A stretch of DNA of 50,415 bases from an uncultured Candidatus Saccharibacteria bacterium (GCA_964394505.1 CAYMXR010000002.1:2494-52908); one strand, 5' to 3'. Counted from the first letter of the stretch, positions 28,681 to 38,030 are shown. The notes: a model not told the origin generated them from the letters alone. Made by a program: numbers and translations.

Positions 28681-30600
28681 CTAAGCTAACTTACCATTTG
28701 AATTACTCTTTATTGCAATACCCTGCGCGACCAAAATGGTCTCGTATTCTTCCCTCTCGATCGTCTCGGTCTCAATAAGACGCTTGGCGATCGCTTCGAA
28801 TGCCTTTTTATTTTCTAGCAAACATTTCTTGGCAACCTCGCGAGCCTCGCTCATTATTCTAGAGACTTCGCTATCTATGAGTGAAGCGACCTCCTCTGAA
28901 TATTCGCGATCCGAAACACCCATTCCAAACAAGACTTTGCCTTGAGCACTTTCGAGAGCGACTGGTCCAATCTTATCCGACATTCCATATCTTGTCACCA
29001 TGTCACGGGCAAGAGCGGTTGAAACCTGAAGATCGTTTGAGGCTCCTGTCGTGAGATCGCCAAAAACTGTCGTCTCAGCCACATAACCACCGAGTGATAC
29101 AGCGATATCATCGAGAAACTCTTTGCGTGATTGCAACTTTCTCTCTTCAAAAGGAAGTTTGAGTGTATAGCCAGCGGCGCGACCGCGAGAAATGATCGAG
29201 ATCTTGTGGACAGGATCGGCATAAGGCAAGACCGAAGCGATGATCGCATGACCAGCCTCGTGATATGCAGTAATCTCTTTTTCCTTCATCGAAAGAATAT
29301 GACTCCTTCTTTCTGGACCCAACATAACTTTTTCTATCGATCTGATAAGGTCAAATTGACCGATCTTGTTTCGATTTTCTCTGGCAGCCAAGATCGCCGC
29401 TTCATTCATAAGAGAAGCAAGATCGGCCCCAGAAAAACCAGGAGTTCTCTCTGCTACAACCTTTATATTGACATCTTCAGCCAACTGCTTTCTCGCCGAG
29501 TGAATCCCAAGTATTGCCTCACGATCTTCACGATCAGGAAGATCGATGACTACTCGACGATCGAACCTACCGGGACGAAGCAAGGCAGGATCGAGAACAT
29601 CTGGACGATTGGTTGCCGCCATTACAATAACTTTTTCATTTGGTTCAAAACCGTCCATCTCGACAAGTATCTGGTTTAGAGTCTGTTCGCGCTCATCATT
29701 TCCACCACCCATGCCAGAACCTCGAGCACGACCGACTGCGTCTATCTCATCGACAAAGACTATTGCCGGAGCACTGTTCTTTGCCATTTTGAACAAATCT
29801 CTAACACGCGACGCTCCGACACCGACGAACATTTCGACAAATTCTGAACCGGAAATAGAGAAGAAAGCTACACCTGCTTCCCCAGCGACAGCTCGAGCAA
29901 GCAAAGTCTTACCTGTACCAGGTGCTCCCATAAGGATCACCCCTTTTGGTATCTCAGCCCCAATCTCAATAAACTTTTTTGGATTCTTGAGAAAATCTAC
30001 AATTTCCATAAGTTCTTGTTTTGCTTCTTTTGCTCCGGCCACATCCTTGAAAGTGACTTTTTGTTTTATATCATCAGGCATTGTGATACGAGCTTTTGAT
30101 TGACCAAAAGATAAGGCTTGCATACCAGCACCACGAACCTGTCTAGAAATTAACCAAACAAAGAATACCAAAAACAAAATTGGTGCCAAGAATGGAGCCA
30201 AAGCAGAAAACCAAAAGGAAAAACCTCCAGGTTCATTGATCATGATCGTAGTCGAAGCAAGTTTGCTTTGAGTTACACCGAGCCTAACCAATGACTCTGT
30301 AAGAGAAGAATCTGATTCTTTTTTGATGGTCTTTTTGGTTTGATCTCTATAGGTGGCGATGATATTGTCTCCAGAAATATCCAAAGAAGAAACGATGCCT
30401 TTTTGAATATCATTTGCAAGTACAGATATGGCAACCTCTACAGTATCTACCTTTTGCTTGGAGTATTCGGAATATATGCCGGTTATAAACAAAAAGATAA
30501 TTACGACGATAGCAAGAATGCTAAAAAAGCTCATATTGGATGGCGTAAATTTGCCACCCTTCGCACCTCTTTCTGGTTGATTATTGACTACATTATTCAT
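28681..30600 (-). CDS. ftsH: ATP-dependent zinc metalloprotease FtsH
   Basis: Two TM helices, AAA module GPPGTGKT-like ([11 protein letters not shown]), SRH, HEAGHA zinc motif. Confidence 0.95.
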   Translation of the reverse strand: MNNVVNNQPERGAKGGKFTPSNMSFFSILAIVVIIFLFITGIYSEYSKQKVDTVEVAISVLANDIQKGIVSSLDISGDNIIATYRDQTKKTIKKESDSSLTESLVRLGVTQSKLASTTIMINEPGGFSFWFSALAPFLAPILFLVFFVWLISRQVRGAGMQALSFGQSKARITMPDDIKQKVTFKDVAGAKEAKQELMEIVDFLKNPKKFIEIGAEIPKGVILMGAPGTGKTLLARAVAGEAGVAFFSISGSEFVEMFVGVGASRVRDLFKMAKNSAPAIVFVDEIDAVGRARGSGMGGGNDEREQTLNQILVEMDGFEPNEKVIVMAATNRPDVLDPALLRPGRFDRRVVIDLPDREDREAILGIHSARKQLAEDVNIKVVAERTPGFSGADLASLMNEAAILAARENRNKIGQFDLIRSIEKVMLGPERRSHILSMKEKEITAYHEAGHAIIASVLPYADPVHKISIISRGRAAGYTLKLPFEERKLQSRKEFLDDIAVSLGGYVAETTVFGDLTTGASNDLQVSTALARDMVTRYGMSDKIGPVALESAQGKVLFGMGVSDREYSEEVASLIDSEVSRIMSEAREVAKKCLLENKKAFEAIAKRLIETETIEREEYETILVAQGIAIKSNSNGKLA

Positions 30601-30658
30601 GTAAAACTACTTTAGCTTCTTTTTTAATTTGAGGCAAGGAAATGTTACAATTGACATC

Positions 30659-32260
30659 ATGTTGGCACTTCTACCTTTGATTCCCATAATTTTTCTTGGA
30701 GTACTTATGATCAAGCACAAGAAGCCTGCTTACACATCTGCAATGGTAATGTTAACTGTGATGTTGGGAATGAGTATTCTTGTATGGCAAATAAAAGAGG
30801 TATTCCTGATAGGTTCTTTACTGAAGTCTTTACTAATATCCTTAGAGATTGCACTTATAGTATGGGGCGCCTCTATCTTCATAAACCTTATTCAAAAGGA
30901 ACATTTTTCTCTAATTTTTAGAAGAATTATCGGTTCAATTACCCATGACAGAAGAATACAAGCGATATTGATTGGTTGGATATTCGTCGGTTTCGTAGAA
31001 GGTATTGCCGGTTTTGGTACTCCATCAATAATAGCGGTGCCACTACTAATTCTTTTTGGCTTTAGCCCAATATCTGCAATTGTAGTATCTTTGTTGGGAG
31101 ATGGAATGGCGGTTAGTTTTGGCGCCGTAGGAACACCTATATTATATGGAATTGTTCAAGGTGCAAATCTTACAGGAATAGAAAATATTGGAACGATAAT
31201 GGATATTACCAAGACCACAGCTTTGATACATTCATTGGTAAGTTGGATAATACCATTATCAATAAGTTGTATTGTTGTCACCTTATACGGAAGATCAATA
31301 AGAGAGGGTTTTTCGATATATCCGTATATTATTGTATCCTGGTTGTGTTTTGTAATACCGTATCTTATTACCGCCTTGTTTATCGGACCAGAGTTCCCCA
31401 CGATCATTGGATCGCTAATCGGAGGAACAGTTCTTTTATATATTACAAAAAAGAAAATTTTTGTTCCCAAAATTCCATGGAGGTTTCCCAATGAAGAATC
31501 GAATCCGGAGACAATGAGAACAAGACAAGCGCTAAAAGGTTCTTTTCGAATCATCACCCCTTTGATCTTGGTAATACTAATTCTTGCTGGTCTAAAATTA
31601 CTATCTTTCACAGAACTTGGAAATTATATTTTCAATATTTTTACAATAAAACTAAGAGACATCTTTGGTACTGGAATCGCCCACAGTTTCTCTATATTAA
31701 AATCACCTTTCATTGCTTTTGCCTTAGCGATTCTACTCTCATGGCCAATAATGAAATTGAGAAAAAAAGATTTTATCGAAGCGATCAAAGAATCCAAAAA
31801 CAAAATCTTTAAGATTATATTGGCATTGTTTTCTGTTATAAGTGTTGTGCAACTCTTCATATATTCAGGCAACAATATTAGCGGACTACCGGAAATGTCC
31901 GAGATTATCATTTCTCAATTCTCATGGCTTGGTGAAATCTGGGGTCTAATAGCGTTGCCTTTTGGATCACTGGGAGCTTTCCTGACTGGAAGTGCCACGG
32001 TCTCAAATCTATTATTTAGTCCGATTCATACAAAGTTTGTTTCTATGTTTGATCTAAGCCTAGTTACAATCCTATCATTCCAAGCGATCGGAGCCGCCAT
32101 TGGTAATATAATATCTATTCACAACATTGTCGTCGCCTGTTCGGTCGGCAAACTCGAAGAAAGTAACGAGGGTAGGATTATTGTTTACAATATAATACCC
32201 CTTATACTTTATTCAGTTATGGCAATAATAGTCGGACTTATCTTGGCGAAGTATGTGTAA
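30659..32260 (+). CDS. lctP: L-lactate/glycolate permease family transporter (LctP)
   Basis: Polytopic protein with LctP-like segments GFGTPSIIAVPLL and GDGMAVSFGAVGTPI. Start set at the first ATG (MLALLPLIP). The track ORF starts 30 nt earlier at a non-ATG codon. Confidence 0.75.
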   Translation: MLALLPLIPIIFLGVLMIKHKKPAYTSAMVMLTVMLGMSILVWQIKEVFLIGSLLKSLLISLEIALIVWGASIFINLIQKEHFSLIFRRIIGSITHDRRIQAILIGWIFVGFVEGIAGFGTPSIIAVPLLILFGFSPISAIVVSLLGDGMAVSFGAVGTPILYGIVQGANLTGIENIGTIMDITKTTALIHSLVSWIIPLSISCIVVTLYGRSIREGFSIYPYIIVSWLCFVIPYLITALFIGPEFPTIIGSLIGGTVLLYITKKKIFVPKIPWRFPNEESNPETMRTRQALKGSFRIITPLILVILILAGLKLLSFTELGNYIFNIFTIKLRDIFGTGIAHSFSILKSPFIAFALAILLSWPIMKLRKKDFIEAIKESKNKIFKIILALFSVISVVQLFIYSGNNISGLPEMSEIIISQFSWLGEIWGLIALPFGSLGAFLTGSATVSNLLFSPIHTKFVSMFDLSLVTILSFQAIGAAIGNIISIHNIVVACSVGKLEESNEGRIIVYNIIPLILYSVMAIIVGLILAKYV

Positions 32261-32340
32261 CTGTTTGAATGGGAAAAGACACTTTTTGAGATTATGGGGC
32301 AAATTGTTATTTTAATATCTCCGTTATACAGAGATAGCGA

Positions 32341-32359
32341 GTGGAGATGGGCGGAATCG
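32341..32359 (-). repeat. 19-nt direct duplicate of the tmRNA 3' end (att-like scar)
   Basis: GTGGAGATGGGCGGAATCG at 32341..32359 is identical to 32517..32535, which covers the tmRNA acceptor 3' strand and part of the T arm. Confidence 0.85.
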
Positions 32360-32475
32360 GTCACGGATAATTTCTTCGCCAGCTCAGAAATTTCCGCGAC
32401 CCCGGCTCACGGCCTCGCCTGCTGGCTCGGCATTCGCTCCGCCTTTCTCATCCTTTCATCTCTCACAACACAGAC

Positions 32476-32514
32476 ACCAAAAATGACCTGCAGCAGTGCA
32501 GGTCATTTTTGGTG
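32476..32514 (-). terminator. Bidirectional intrinsic terminator just after tmRNA
   Basis: Perfect 18-bp palindrome CACCAAAAATGACCTGCA-GCAG-TGCAGGTCATTTTTGGTG. This gives a GC-rich core stem flanked by A5/T5, so a U-tract follows on either strand. Confidence 0.75.
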
Positions 32515-32517
32515 TTG

Positions 32518-32933
32518 TGGAGATGGGCGGAATCGAACCGCCGTGCAACTGATATGTGAAGAACGATTCTACAGTGTTAGCTAACCTTGTACCACCTTGC
32601 GATGGATTTAATGAATGTATCCGAGAAAGTTAGCAAAATGTACATTCACGATCTCTAAGCTTCGAGAATAAAAGTGAGAAGCTCTTATTCCCTACATCCA
32701 AGTTATTACACCAGCTCTATTGTTAGGATCCCAATAGAGTGATGGCCCTTATACAAGAGCAAATGCAAGTTCCTTTGCTCCGAAATACGGAGTAACGGTT
32801 GATTTAGCATTTAGAGTTTCCGTCAGATTTCCGTCCCACTACGCTCTGCAAAGCAGAGCTTCGCGGGACTCCGAGTTAACGGTGCTCGCACTGCACGAAC
32901 TTACATGACCGGTTGTCTATGCCGATCATCCCC
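32518..32933 (-). ncRNA. ssrA: tmRNA (ssrA)
   Basis: 5' GGGGATG pairs with 3' CATCTCC-A, including the G3:U70 alanine identity pair. T arm GGCGG-TTCGATT-CCGCC. Internal tag frame GCT AAA TCA ... GTA TAA at 32749..32808. Lies next to smpB. Confidence 0.85.
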
Positions 32934-32980
32934 ATTTATCACGCCGTAGCTCTGCAAGAGCGAAGGCGGATCTTTATAAT

Positions 32981-33068
32981 AGAGGTAGGAGGTAAGAGAT
33001 AAGAAATAAGAGAATGTGCATCACAGTTTATGCCCCTCTTAACTCCTAGCTCTTACCTCTTAACTCTC
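32981..33068. repeat. Long repeat-built hairpin between the smpB stop and the tmRNA 5' region
   Basis: Purine-rich arm AGAGGTAGGAGGTAAGAGATAAGAAATAAGAG faces pyrimidine-rich arm CTCTTAACTCCTAGCTCTTACCTCTTAACTCTC. Shares TAGCTCTTACCTCT (33047..33060) with the hairpin at 20988..21093. Confidence 0.7.
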
Positions 33069-33522
33069 ACCTGTCAACGAACTCCCTTCTCACAATCCTA
33101 TCAGTCTCTCTTTTCTTGGTTGTTTCGCGTTTATCGAACTTCTTTTTACCGCGAACAACCGCCAAAGTGACCTTGATAAGATTGGACTTATTATATAGTG
33201 AAATTGGTATAATTGTCAAACCCCCTCGTCCAGCTGACATCTCTACTTCTGCCAACTTTTTTATCTCTTTTTTGGTCAAGAGAACTCTTCGATTACGACG
33301 AGGTTCGTAATCTTTCGGTGTATTCTTTTCCTGATACGGTGGTATGAAAAGGTTCATGATATATGCTTCTCCACCTCTCACTACCACATATGATCCTTCC
33401 AAAGACCCCTGATTATTTTTTATAGATTTTACTTCAAAACCAAGTAGCTCAATACCTGCCTCAAATTTCTCGAGGATTTCGTAGTTAAAATGGGCTTTTT
33501 TATTATCTACAAAAGTAGTCAT
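33067..33522 (-). CDS. smpB: SsrA-binding protein
   Basis: NKKAHFNYEILEKFEAGIEL.G.EVKS and a C-terminal basic tail, typical of SmpB. Confidence 0.93.
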   Translation of the reverse strand: MTTFVDNKKAHFNYEILEKFEAGIELLGFEVKSIKNNQGSLEGSYVVVRGGEAYIMNLFIPPYQEKNTPKDYEPRRNRRVLLTKKEIKKLAEVEMSAGRGGLTIIPISLYNKSNLIKVTLAVVRGKKKFDKRETTKKRETDRIVRREFVDR

Positions 33523-33547
33523 GATAATATCGTAACATAATAGGGGG

Positions 33548-34663
33548 ATGTGTCACATCCTGGAAAAGGATATACTATTATCTATGAACAAAACGACCTC
33601 TTGGAAAATATATCCACTTAACGAAGACGCTTGGCAAGCAATGCTAGACGATTGTGCCAATGCCAAAGAAAGTATCGTCTTGGAACAATTCATCTTTGTA
33701 AATGATATTTTCGGTCAAAAATTGCTCGAAATCTGCAAAGCAAGAGCTCGAGCCGGCGTAAAAGTCAGATTTCTTTGGGACGCCGCAGGTAGCTTCACCT
33801 TTTGGGGATCAAATCTAGCTCGAGAGCTCAAAGATAGTGGCATCGACCTTATTTTCTGGAAGACTCTCATTCCAAGCTATTTCAAATTGACCAATCTTCG
33901 ATCTTGGTATTTTCGTAACCATCGTCGTACTTTGGTTATAGACAACAAGATCGGCTATACCGGTAGCATGTGCATTGATGACGATTTCAAAAATTGGAGA
34001 GAGACCAATGTTCGAATAGAGGGTCCGATAGTGGATGAAATGGTTAACGCTTTTGGACAAATGTGGGCTAGGGCAACCGGGAATCGAGTTTTGAGATACA
34101 AAAAACTCCCACCAAATTCCGAATTTCGTTATGTTACAAATTACCCTGCCCCAGGACGCCGTCATATCTATTCCGAGCTTATAAAGGCAATTCGCAAGGC
34201 AAAAAAGAATATCTGCATCACGACACCATATTTTGTACCGACTCACCGACTACTGCGAACGATGAAAGCAAGTGCTAAGCGAGGTGTAGATGTTCTGCTT
34301 ATCTTGCCAGAATATTCGGATCATCGCGCTGTTGATCTCGGTGCTAGGGCTTTTTTCACTACACTTCTAAAATCAGATATCAAAATCTTTCTCTACAAAG
34401 GCAACATGATTCACAGCAAAGCTATCACTATTGACGATACATGGTCGACTGTTGGGTCAATGAATTTGGATAATATTAGTCTTCTGTACAACTTTGAGGC
34501 CAATATTGTTACGACGAACGATAGTTTTTCCAGAGAATTAAAAGCGCACTTTATCGAAGATCTAGGCGAATCACAACAAGTTTTTCTCAAAGATTGGCAA
34601 AAACGCTCATTCTTCCAAAAGGTCTTGGAGAAGCTGGCGCATTTGGTCAAGAAGTTGTTGTGA
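33548..34663 (+). CDS. cls: Phospholipase D family protein / cardiolipin synthase (ClsB-like, no N-terminal TM)
   Basis: Two HKD motifs: NHRRTLVIDNKIGYTGSMCID and IHSKAITIDDTWSTVGSMNLD. The start may be the internal Met at 33584. Confidence 0.8.
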   Translation: MCHILEKDILLSMNKTTSWKIYPLNEDAWQAMLDDCANAKESIVLEQFIFVNDIFGQKLLEICKARARAGVKVRFLWDAAGSFTFWGSNLARELKDSGIDLIFWKTLIPSYFKLTNLRSWYFRNHRRTLVIDNKIGYTGSMCIDDDFKNWRETNVRIEGPIVDEMVNAFGQMWARATGNRVLRYKKLPPNSEFRYVTNYPAPGRRHIYSELIKAIRKAKKNICITTPYFVPTHRLLRTMKASAKRGVDVLLILPEYSDHRAVDLGARAFFTTLLKSDIKIFLYKGNMIHSKAITIDDTWSTVGSMNLDNISLLYNFEANIVTTNDSFSRELKAHFIEDLGESQQVFLKDWQKRSFFQKVLEKLAHLVKKLL

Positions 34664-34761
34664 ACCATAGATTTTGATGCATTTTCATATCACTCTATGG
34701 CCTCTTGCATATATTGCCCATAATATGCTATAAATACAGCTCTAACATAATCTTTGAAACA

Positions 34762-35271
34762 TTGGCAATACGAGTCAAAATCAATCATCAAATCAAGGCG
34801 CCTGAACTACGCGTCATAACAGCCGAAGGCGAAAATCTCGGCGTTATAACATTTGGACAAGCCATAAAGAAGGCTCAAGAGTTAGGGCTAGATCTCATAG
34901 AGATCTCCCCCACTGCAGTTCCACCGGTTGCCAAAATAATGGATTATGGAAAGTATAGTTACGAAGAAAAGAAGAAAGCCAAAGCAAGTCGTGAGAATAC
35001 ACAAGTTAGTGAACTCAAAATAGTACAAGTCAAAATCGGTACAGGAGACCATGATCTCGAGCTAAAAGCCAAAAAAGTATCAGAATGGCTAGCCGAGAAA
35101 AACAGAGTCAAGATTGACCTCTTCCTCATCGGACGCTCCAAGTATATGGATATGAAATTTCTCAAAGAGAGGCTAGAACGAATCATGAAATTGATTACTG
35201 TAGAGTTCAAAGTTACTCAGGACATAACCAAAGGACCAAAGGGACTTTCCCTAGTAATAGAAAAGAAATAA
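34762..35271 (+). CDS. infC: Translation initiation factor IF-3
   Basis: INHQIKAPELRVI...LDLIEISPTAVPPVAKIMDYGKY is classic IF-3. The start is uncertain. The track ORF begins at 34705 (TTG), but a promoter-like TTGCAT-N18-TATAAA lies inside that extension, so I place the start at the TTG at 34762. infC classically uses non-ATG starts. Confidence 0.85.
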   Translation: MAIRVKINHQIKAPELRVITAEGENLGVITFGQAIKKAQELGLDLIEISPTAVPPVAKIMDYGKYSYEEKKKAKASRENTQVSELKIVQVKIGTGDHDLELKAKKVSEWLAEKNRVKIDLFLIGRSKYMDMKFLKERLERIMKLITVEFKVTQDITKGPKGLSLVIEKK

Positions 35272-35281
35272 ATTTATTATC

Positions 35282-35473
35282 ATGTCAATCAAAACCAACA
35301 AATCATATATGAAGCGTTTCAAGGTAACCCGCAATGGGAAGATTACCTCTCGCCGACCAGGTCAAAACCATTTTAATGCAAAAGAACGCACCAGTACAAG
35401 TGGTAGCAAGCGTCGTACCGTCCAAGTATTCATGGACAACAAATCCAAGAGTCGTTTTCTAGCAAATATTTAA
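35282..35473 (+). CDS. rpmI: 50S ribosomal protein L35
   Basis: 63 aa basic protein between infC and rplT. Confidence 0.9.
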   Translation: MSIKTNKSYMKRFKVTRNGKITSRRPGQNHFNAKERTSTSGSKRRTVQVFMDNKSKSRFLANI

Positions 35474-35493
35474 TAAAAAACTAATTCACTAAC

Positions 35494-35838
35494 ATGACAA
35501 GAGTCAAAGGAGCAGTAAATGCACTAAAGAATCGCCGAAGTATCCTCAAAGCAGCAAAAGGTTTTCGTTTCCGCCGTTCAAATACCGAACGAGCAGCAAA
35601 TGATGCTCTCATGCATGCTGGTGCTTATGCCTTCGCACATCGCCGAGACAAAAAAGGTGAATTCCGCCGTTTGTGGAATGTAAAGCTCAACGCTTCCCTT
35701 CGCCCACTAGGTATCACATATTCCAGATTTATTGATGCTTTGAAAAAGAAAAGTATCGTCCTCGACCGCAAAGTTCTAGCTGGTCTTGCAGAAAACAAAC
35801 CAGAAGCATTCAAGAGAGTTGTTGAGTCGGTGAAGTAA
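35494..35838 (+). CDS. rplT: 50S ribosomal protein L20
   Basis: Typical L20 sequence (RVKGAVNALKNRRSILKAAKGFR...). Confidence 0.93.
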   Translation: MTRVKGAVNALKNRRSILKAAKGFRFRRSNTERAANDALMHAGAYAFAHRRDKKGEFRRLWNVKLNASLRPLGITYSRFIDALKKKSIVLDRKVLAGLAENKPEAFKRVVESVK

Positions 35839-35886
35839 TTGGTAACTACTAGTTAGTGAGGACAAGCAGATTGAAGAATATCAAAG

Positions 35887-35951
35887 TCCAAAATCCAAAT
35901 GACAAATGTGTTTGGTCTTTGGATTTTGATTTTGATATTGATTTGTCATTT
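35887..35951 (+). terminator. Low-complexity hairpin / probable terminator of the infC-rpmI-rplT operon
   Basis: TCCAAAATCCAAATGACAAA-TGTG-TTTGGTCTTTGGATTTTGA (imperfect ~19 bp) followed by TTTTGATATTGATTTG. An alternative pairing AAATGACAAAT/ATTTGTCATTT is possible. Confidence 0.55.
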
Positions 35952-36015
35952 GAGCTTTTAACTTTGTCATTCAACTCTTGTAGATATTGGTTACGAAAAT
36001 TAGACTGATTGCCCT

Positions 36016-37389
36016 CTAGCCAATCTCCACCACATCCCCCGCCTCGGGCGCGACCGCTTTTACTCCTATTTCATCATTGATCCTCTGCGCTAAATACATA
36101 GACGATCTCGGTTCACCCATTACAACAAAAACTTTTTTGAGTTTTGTACCAGTAGCGACAAAGTCTAACAACCTATCACTATCTTTGTGCGCAGAATAGC
36201 CATACAAGGTCTCGATCTTTGCTTTAACTTTCACCATCTCATGATTGATATGAACTTTTTTTGCACCATCCGCGAGCTCGCGTCCCAGTGAACCTGTAGA
36301 CTGATAGCCAACTAGCAAAATAGTATTATTGGCATGAGGTAAGTATTTCTTTTCATGACCGATCACTCGCCCACCAATAGACATGCCCGAACCAGCCAAG
36401 ATGATCTTCGGTCCCTCCACATGATCTATCTCCCTAGATTCATTTGAACCCATTGTGTATTTGAGATGTGGAAATTTGAAAATATCGTCACCAGAACGGA
36501 TCTGATTGCGAACTTTTTCATTGAACAAGTCTGTGTTATCAGCATATATAGAAGTAGCATTTATAGCCATAGGCGAATCAACAAAGACCGGAACACTCGG
36601 AATCTTATTTTTCTCAACCATATTGTTCAATTCATACAAAAGAACTTGTGTTCGATCTACAGAAAAGGCAGGTATAACCAAAGTGCCTCCGCGCGTCAAA
36701 GCTTCATTTACCACTTTGACCAATTTATTTTCTCTACCTTCCTTGCCTTCATGATTGCGATCACCATAGACACTTTCCATCACTAGATAATCTGCATCGC
36801 CTATTTCTTCTGTGTCACGCAGTAGAGGTGCGGGACTATTACCGAGATCGCCCGTAAACAATATTTTGTATTTGTTTCCATCATTTTCTCTTACCACAAA
36901 CTCCAACATAGCTGAACCCAAGATATGACCAGCATCTTTGGCTGTCACCGTAATGTTTGGGGTCAACGCAAAACCATCGTGATAGCCGATCGTTTCCCAC
37001 ATAGGAAAAATCTTACCTACATCCTCTACTTCATATAACGGTTCAACATTATTTTGTTTGGCCTCCATATTTAGGATACCAACCGCATCATTTAGAACTA
37101 CCTCCGCCAAAGCTTTTGTTTGTGGTGTCGAATATATTTTGCCTTTGAATCCATCCTTTACTAATTTTGGTATTCGTCCAACATGATCCAGGTGTGCATG
37201 AGTGATAAAAAGTGAGTGGATAGAATTTGGCTCATAACTCCAAGGTTTTCGATTGTCTTCACTTGCTACCCTATCGCCCTGTATCAATCCACAGTCGACT
37301 AGAAATCTGCCATCGTTTGTCTCCAATAAAAAATTTGCTCCTGTCACTGTGCCAACGCCACTGCAAAATGTGATCTTAGTATTGTTCAT
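36016..37389 (-). CDS. MBL-fold beta-CASP family RNA-metabolising hydrolase
   Basis: HAHLDHVG motif, later DAGH and beta-CASP/C-terminal motifs, 457 aa. Confidence 0.8.
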   Translation of the reverse strand: MNNTKITFCSGVGTVTGANFLLETNDGRFLVDCGLIQGDRVASEDNRKPWSYEPNSIHSLFITHAHLDHVGRIPKLVKDGFKGKIYSTPQTKALAEVVLNDAVGILNMEAKQNNVEPLYEVEDVGKIFPMWETIGYHDGFALTPNITVTAKDAGHILGSAMLEFVVRENDGNKYKILFTGDLGNSPAPLLRDTEEIGDADYLVMESVYGDRNHEGKEGRENKLVKVVNEALTRGGTLVIPAFSVDRTQVLLYELNNMVEKNKIPSVPVFVDSPMAINATSIYADNTDLFNEKVRNQIRSGDDIFKFPHLKYTMGSNESREIDHVEGPKIILAGSGMSIGGRVIGHEKKYLPHANNTILLVGYQSTGSLGRELADGAKKVHINHEMVKVKAKIETLYGYSAHKDSDRLLDFVATGTKLKKVFVVMGEPRSSMYLAQRINDEIGVKAVAPEAGDVVEIG

Positions 37390-37438
37390 TAAGGTTAATT
37401 ATATTCTGTAATTGGTACGAACACCACCATACTCTATT

Positions 37439-37470
37439 TGTGTCATCCCCGCGAAAGCGGGGATGACACA
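37439..37470. repeat. Perfect 14-bp palindromic hairpin with GAAA loop
   Basis: TGTGTCATCCCCGC-GAAA-GCGGGGATGACACA. Located 50 nt upstream of the beta-CASP gene start and just upstream of its TATAAT box (37398..37403). Confidence 0.8.
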
Positions 37471-37842
37471 AAACCACAAAGATAAATCTTAAAATAATTG
37501 AAAATTTACAAAATTATTTCCAAAACTTTTCTTAAATGAAAAAAGCCTGCCGATCCCCAGTGCATAGAGACAGAGCAGACATTCTTCATAGACTGCAAGA
37601 GTAAATTACCTGCTTTCACAGGTGGGTGACCTAGCTCCAAACGCCACAAGGGTCGTAGAAGAAATTGAAAAGTTTAACCTGTTCTTCGGTCTCCCAAATA
37701 TATTTATTTTGTAGGATTTTACTCTCGCAATCTATATACATTTTAAACCCCCACAAAAGTAATGCAAGGAAAAATATTGTTCGAACACAAATTTGACAAG
37801 TAAGACAATGTTGACAATTTTATTTTGTTTAAAGTCTGGAGC

Positions 37843-38014
37843 GTCCGACAACAGGGCACAATATGTGGTTTAGAAACCCCTTCGGAGCGCCTCTGGATTA
37901 GAGGTATGAAAAAGATATCCAGAGGCGCGAGAAGAGACGGCTCTGCGAGGTCCCCGTTATTCGAGCAGAGCCGATCGTGGTGGAGAAACTACATATTGTG
38001 CCCCGTTGTCGGAC
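37843..38014. other. 172-nt nested-palindrome element (structured ncRNA or MITE-like unit), class unknown
   Basis: The 29-nt ends pair with 27 Watson-Crick pairs, 1 G:T and 1 mismatch (37843..37871 with 37986..38014). They enclose a perfect 12-bp hairpin (37887..37898 / 37917..37928) and a perfect 9-bp hairpin (37938..37946 / 37965..37973). The element is GC-rich in an AT-rich gap. Confidence 0.6.
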
Positions 38015-38030
38015 TTAGAGAAAAATACTC

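Noticed and set aside
29131-30103. Two long plus-strand ORFs (182 and 185 aa) inside ftsH
   Set aside because: They are antisense shadow ORFs within a strongly supported FtsH coding region. Their translations are low-complexity and Ser/Arg-rich. The same reasoning applies to the other antisense ORFs in the track, such as 691..1236, 4316..4726, 16500..16850, 26700..27149, 31156..31611 and 33815..34246.
32294-32584. 96-aa plus-strand ORF from the track
   Set aside because: It runs through the att-like repeat, the bidirectional terminator and the 3' end of tmRNA. Its composition reflects the GC-rich non-coding sequence, so it is considered spurious.
37439-37470. Possible CRISPR repeat, because its CCCCGCG...CGCGGGGAT core resembles type I-E repeats
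   Set aside because: Only a single copy is present. There are no spacers, no second repeat and no cas genes in the window, so it is treated as an isolated palindrome.
37828-38020. RNase P RNA, because AAAGTCTGGAGC resembles the CR-I AAAGUCCGGGC box and CGGACTTAG resembles the CR-V GGCUUA box
   Set aside because: The element is only ~190 nt. The would-be P4 partner strands are consumed in a continuous 29-bp helix, and no specificity-domain features are present.
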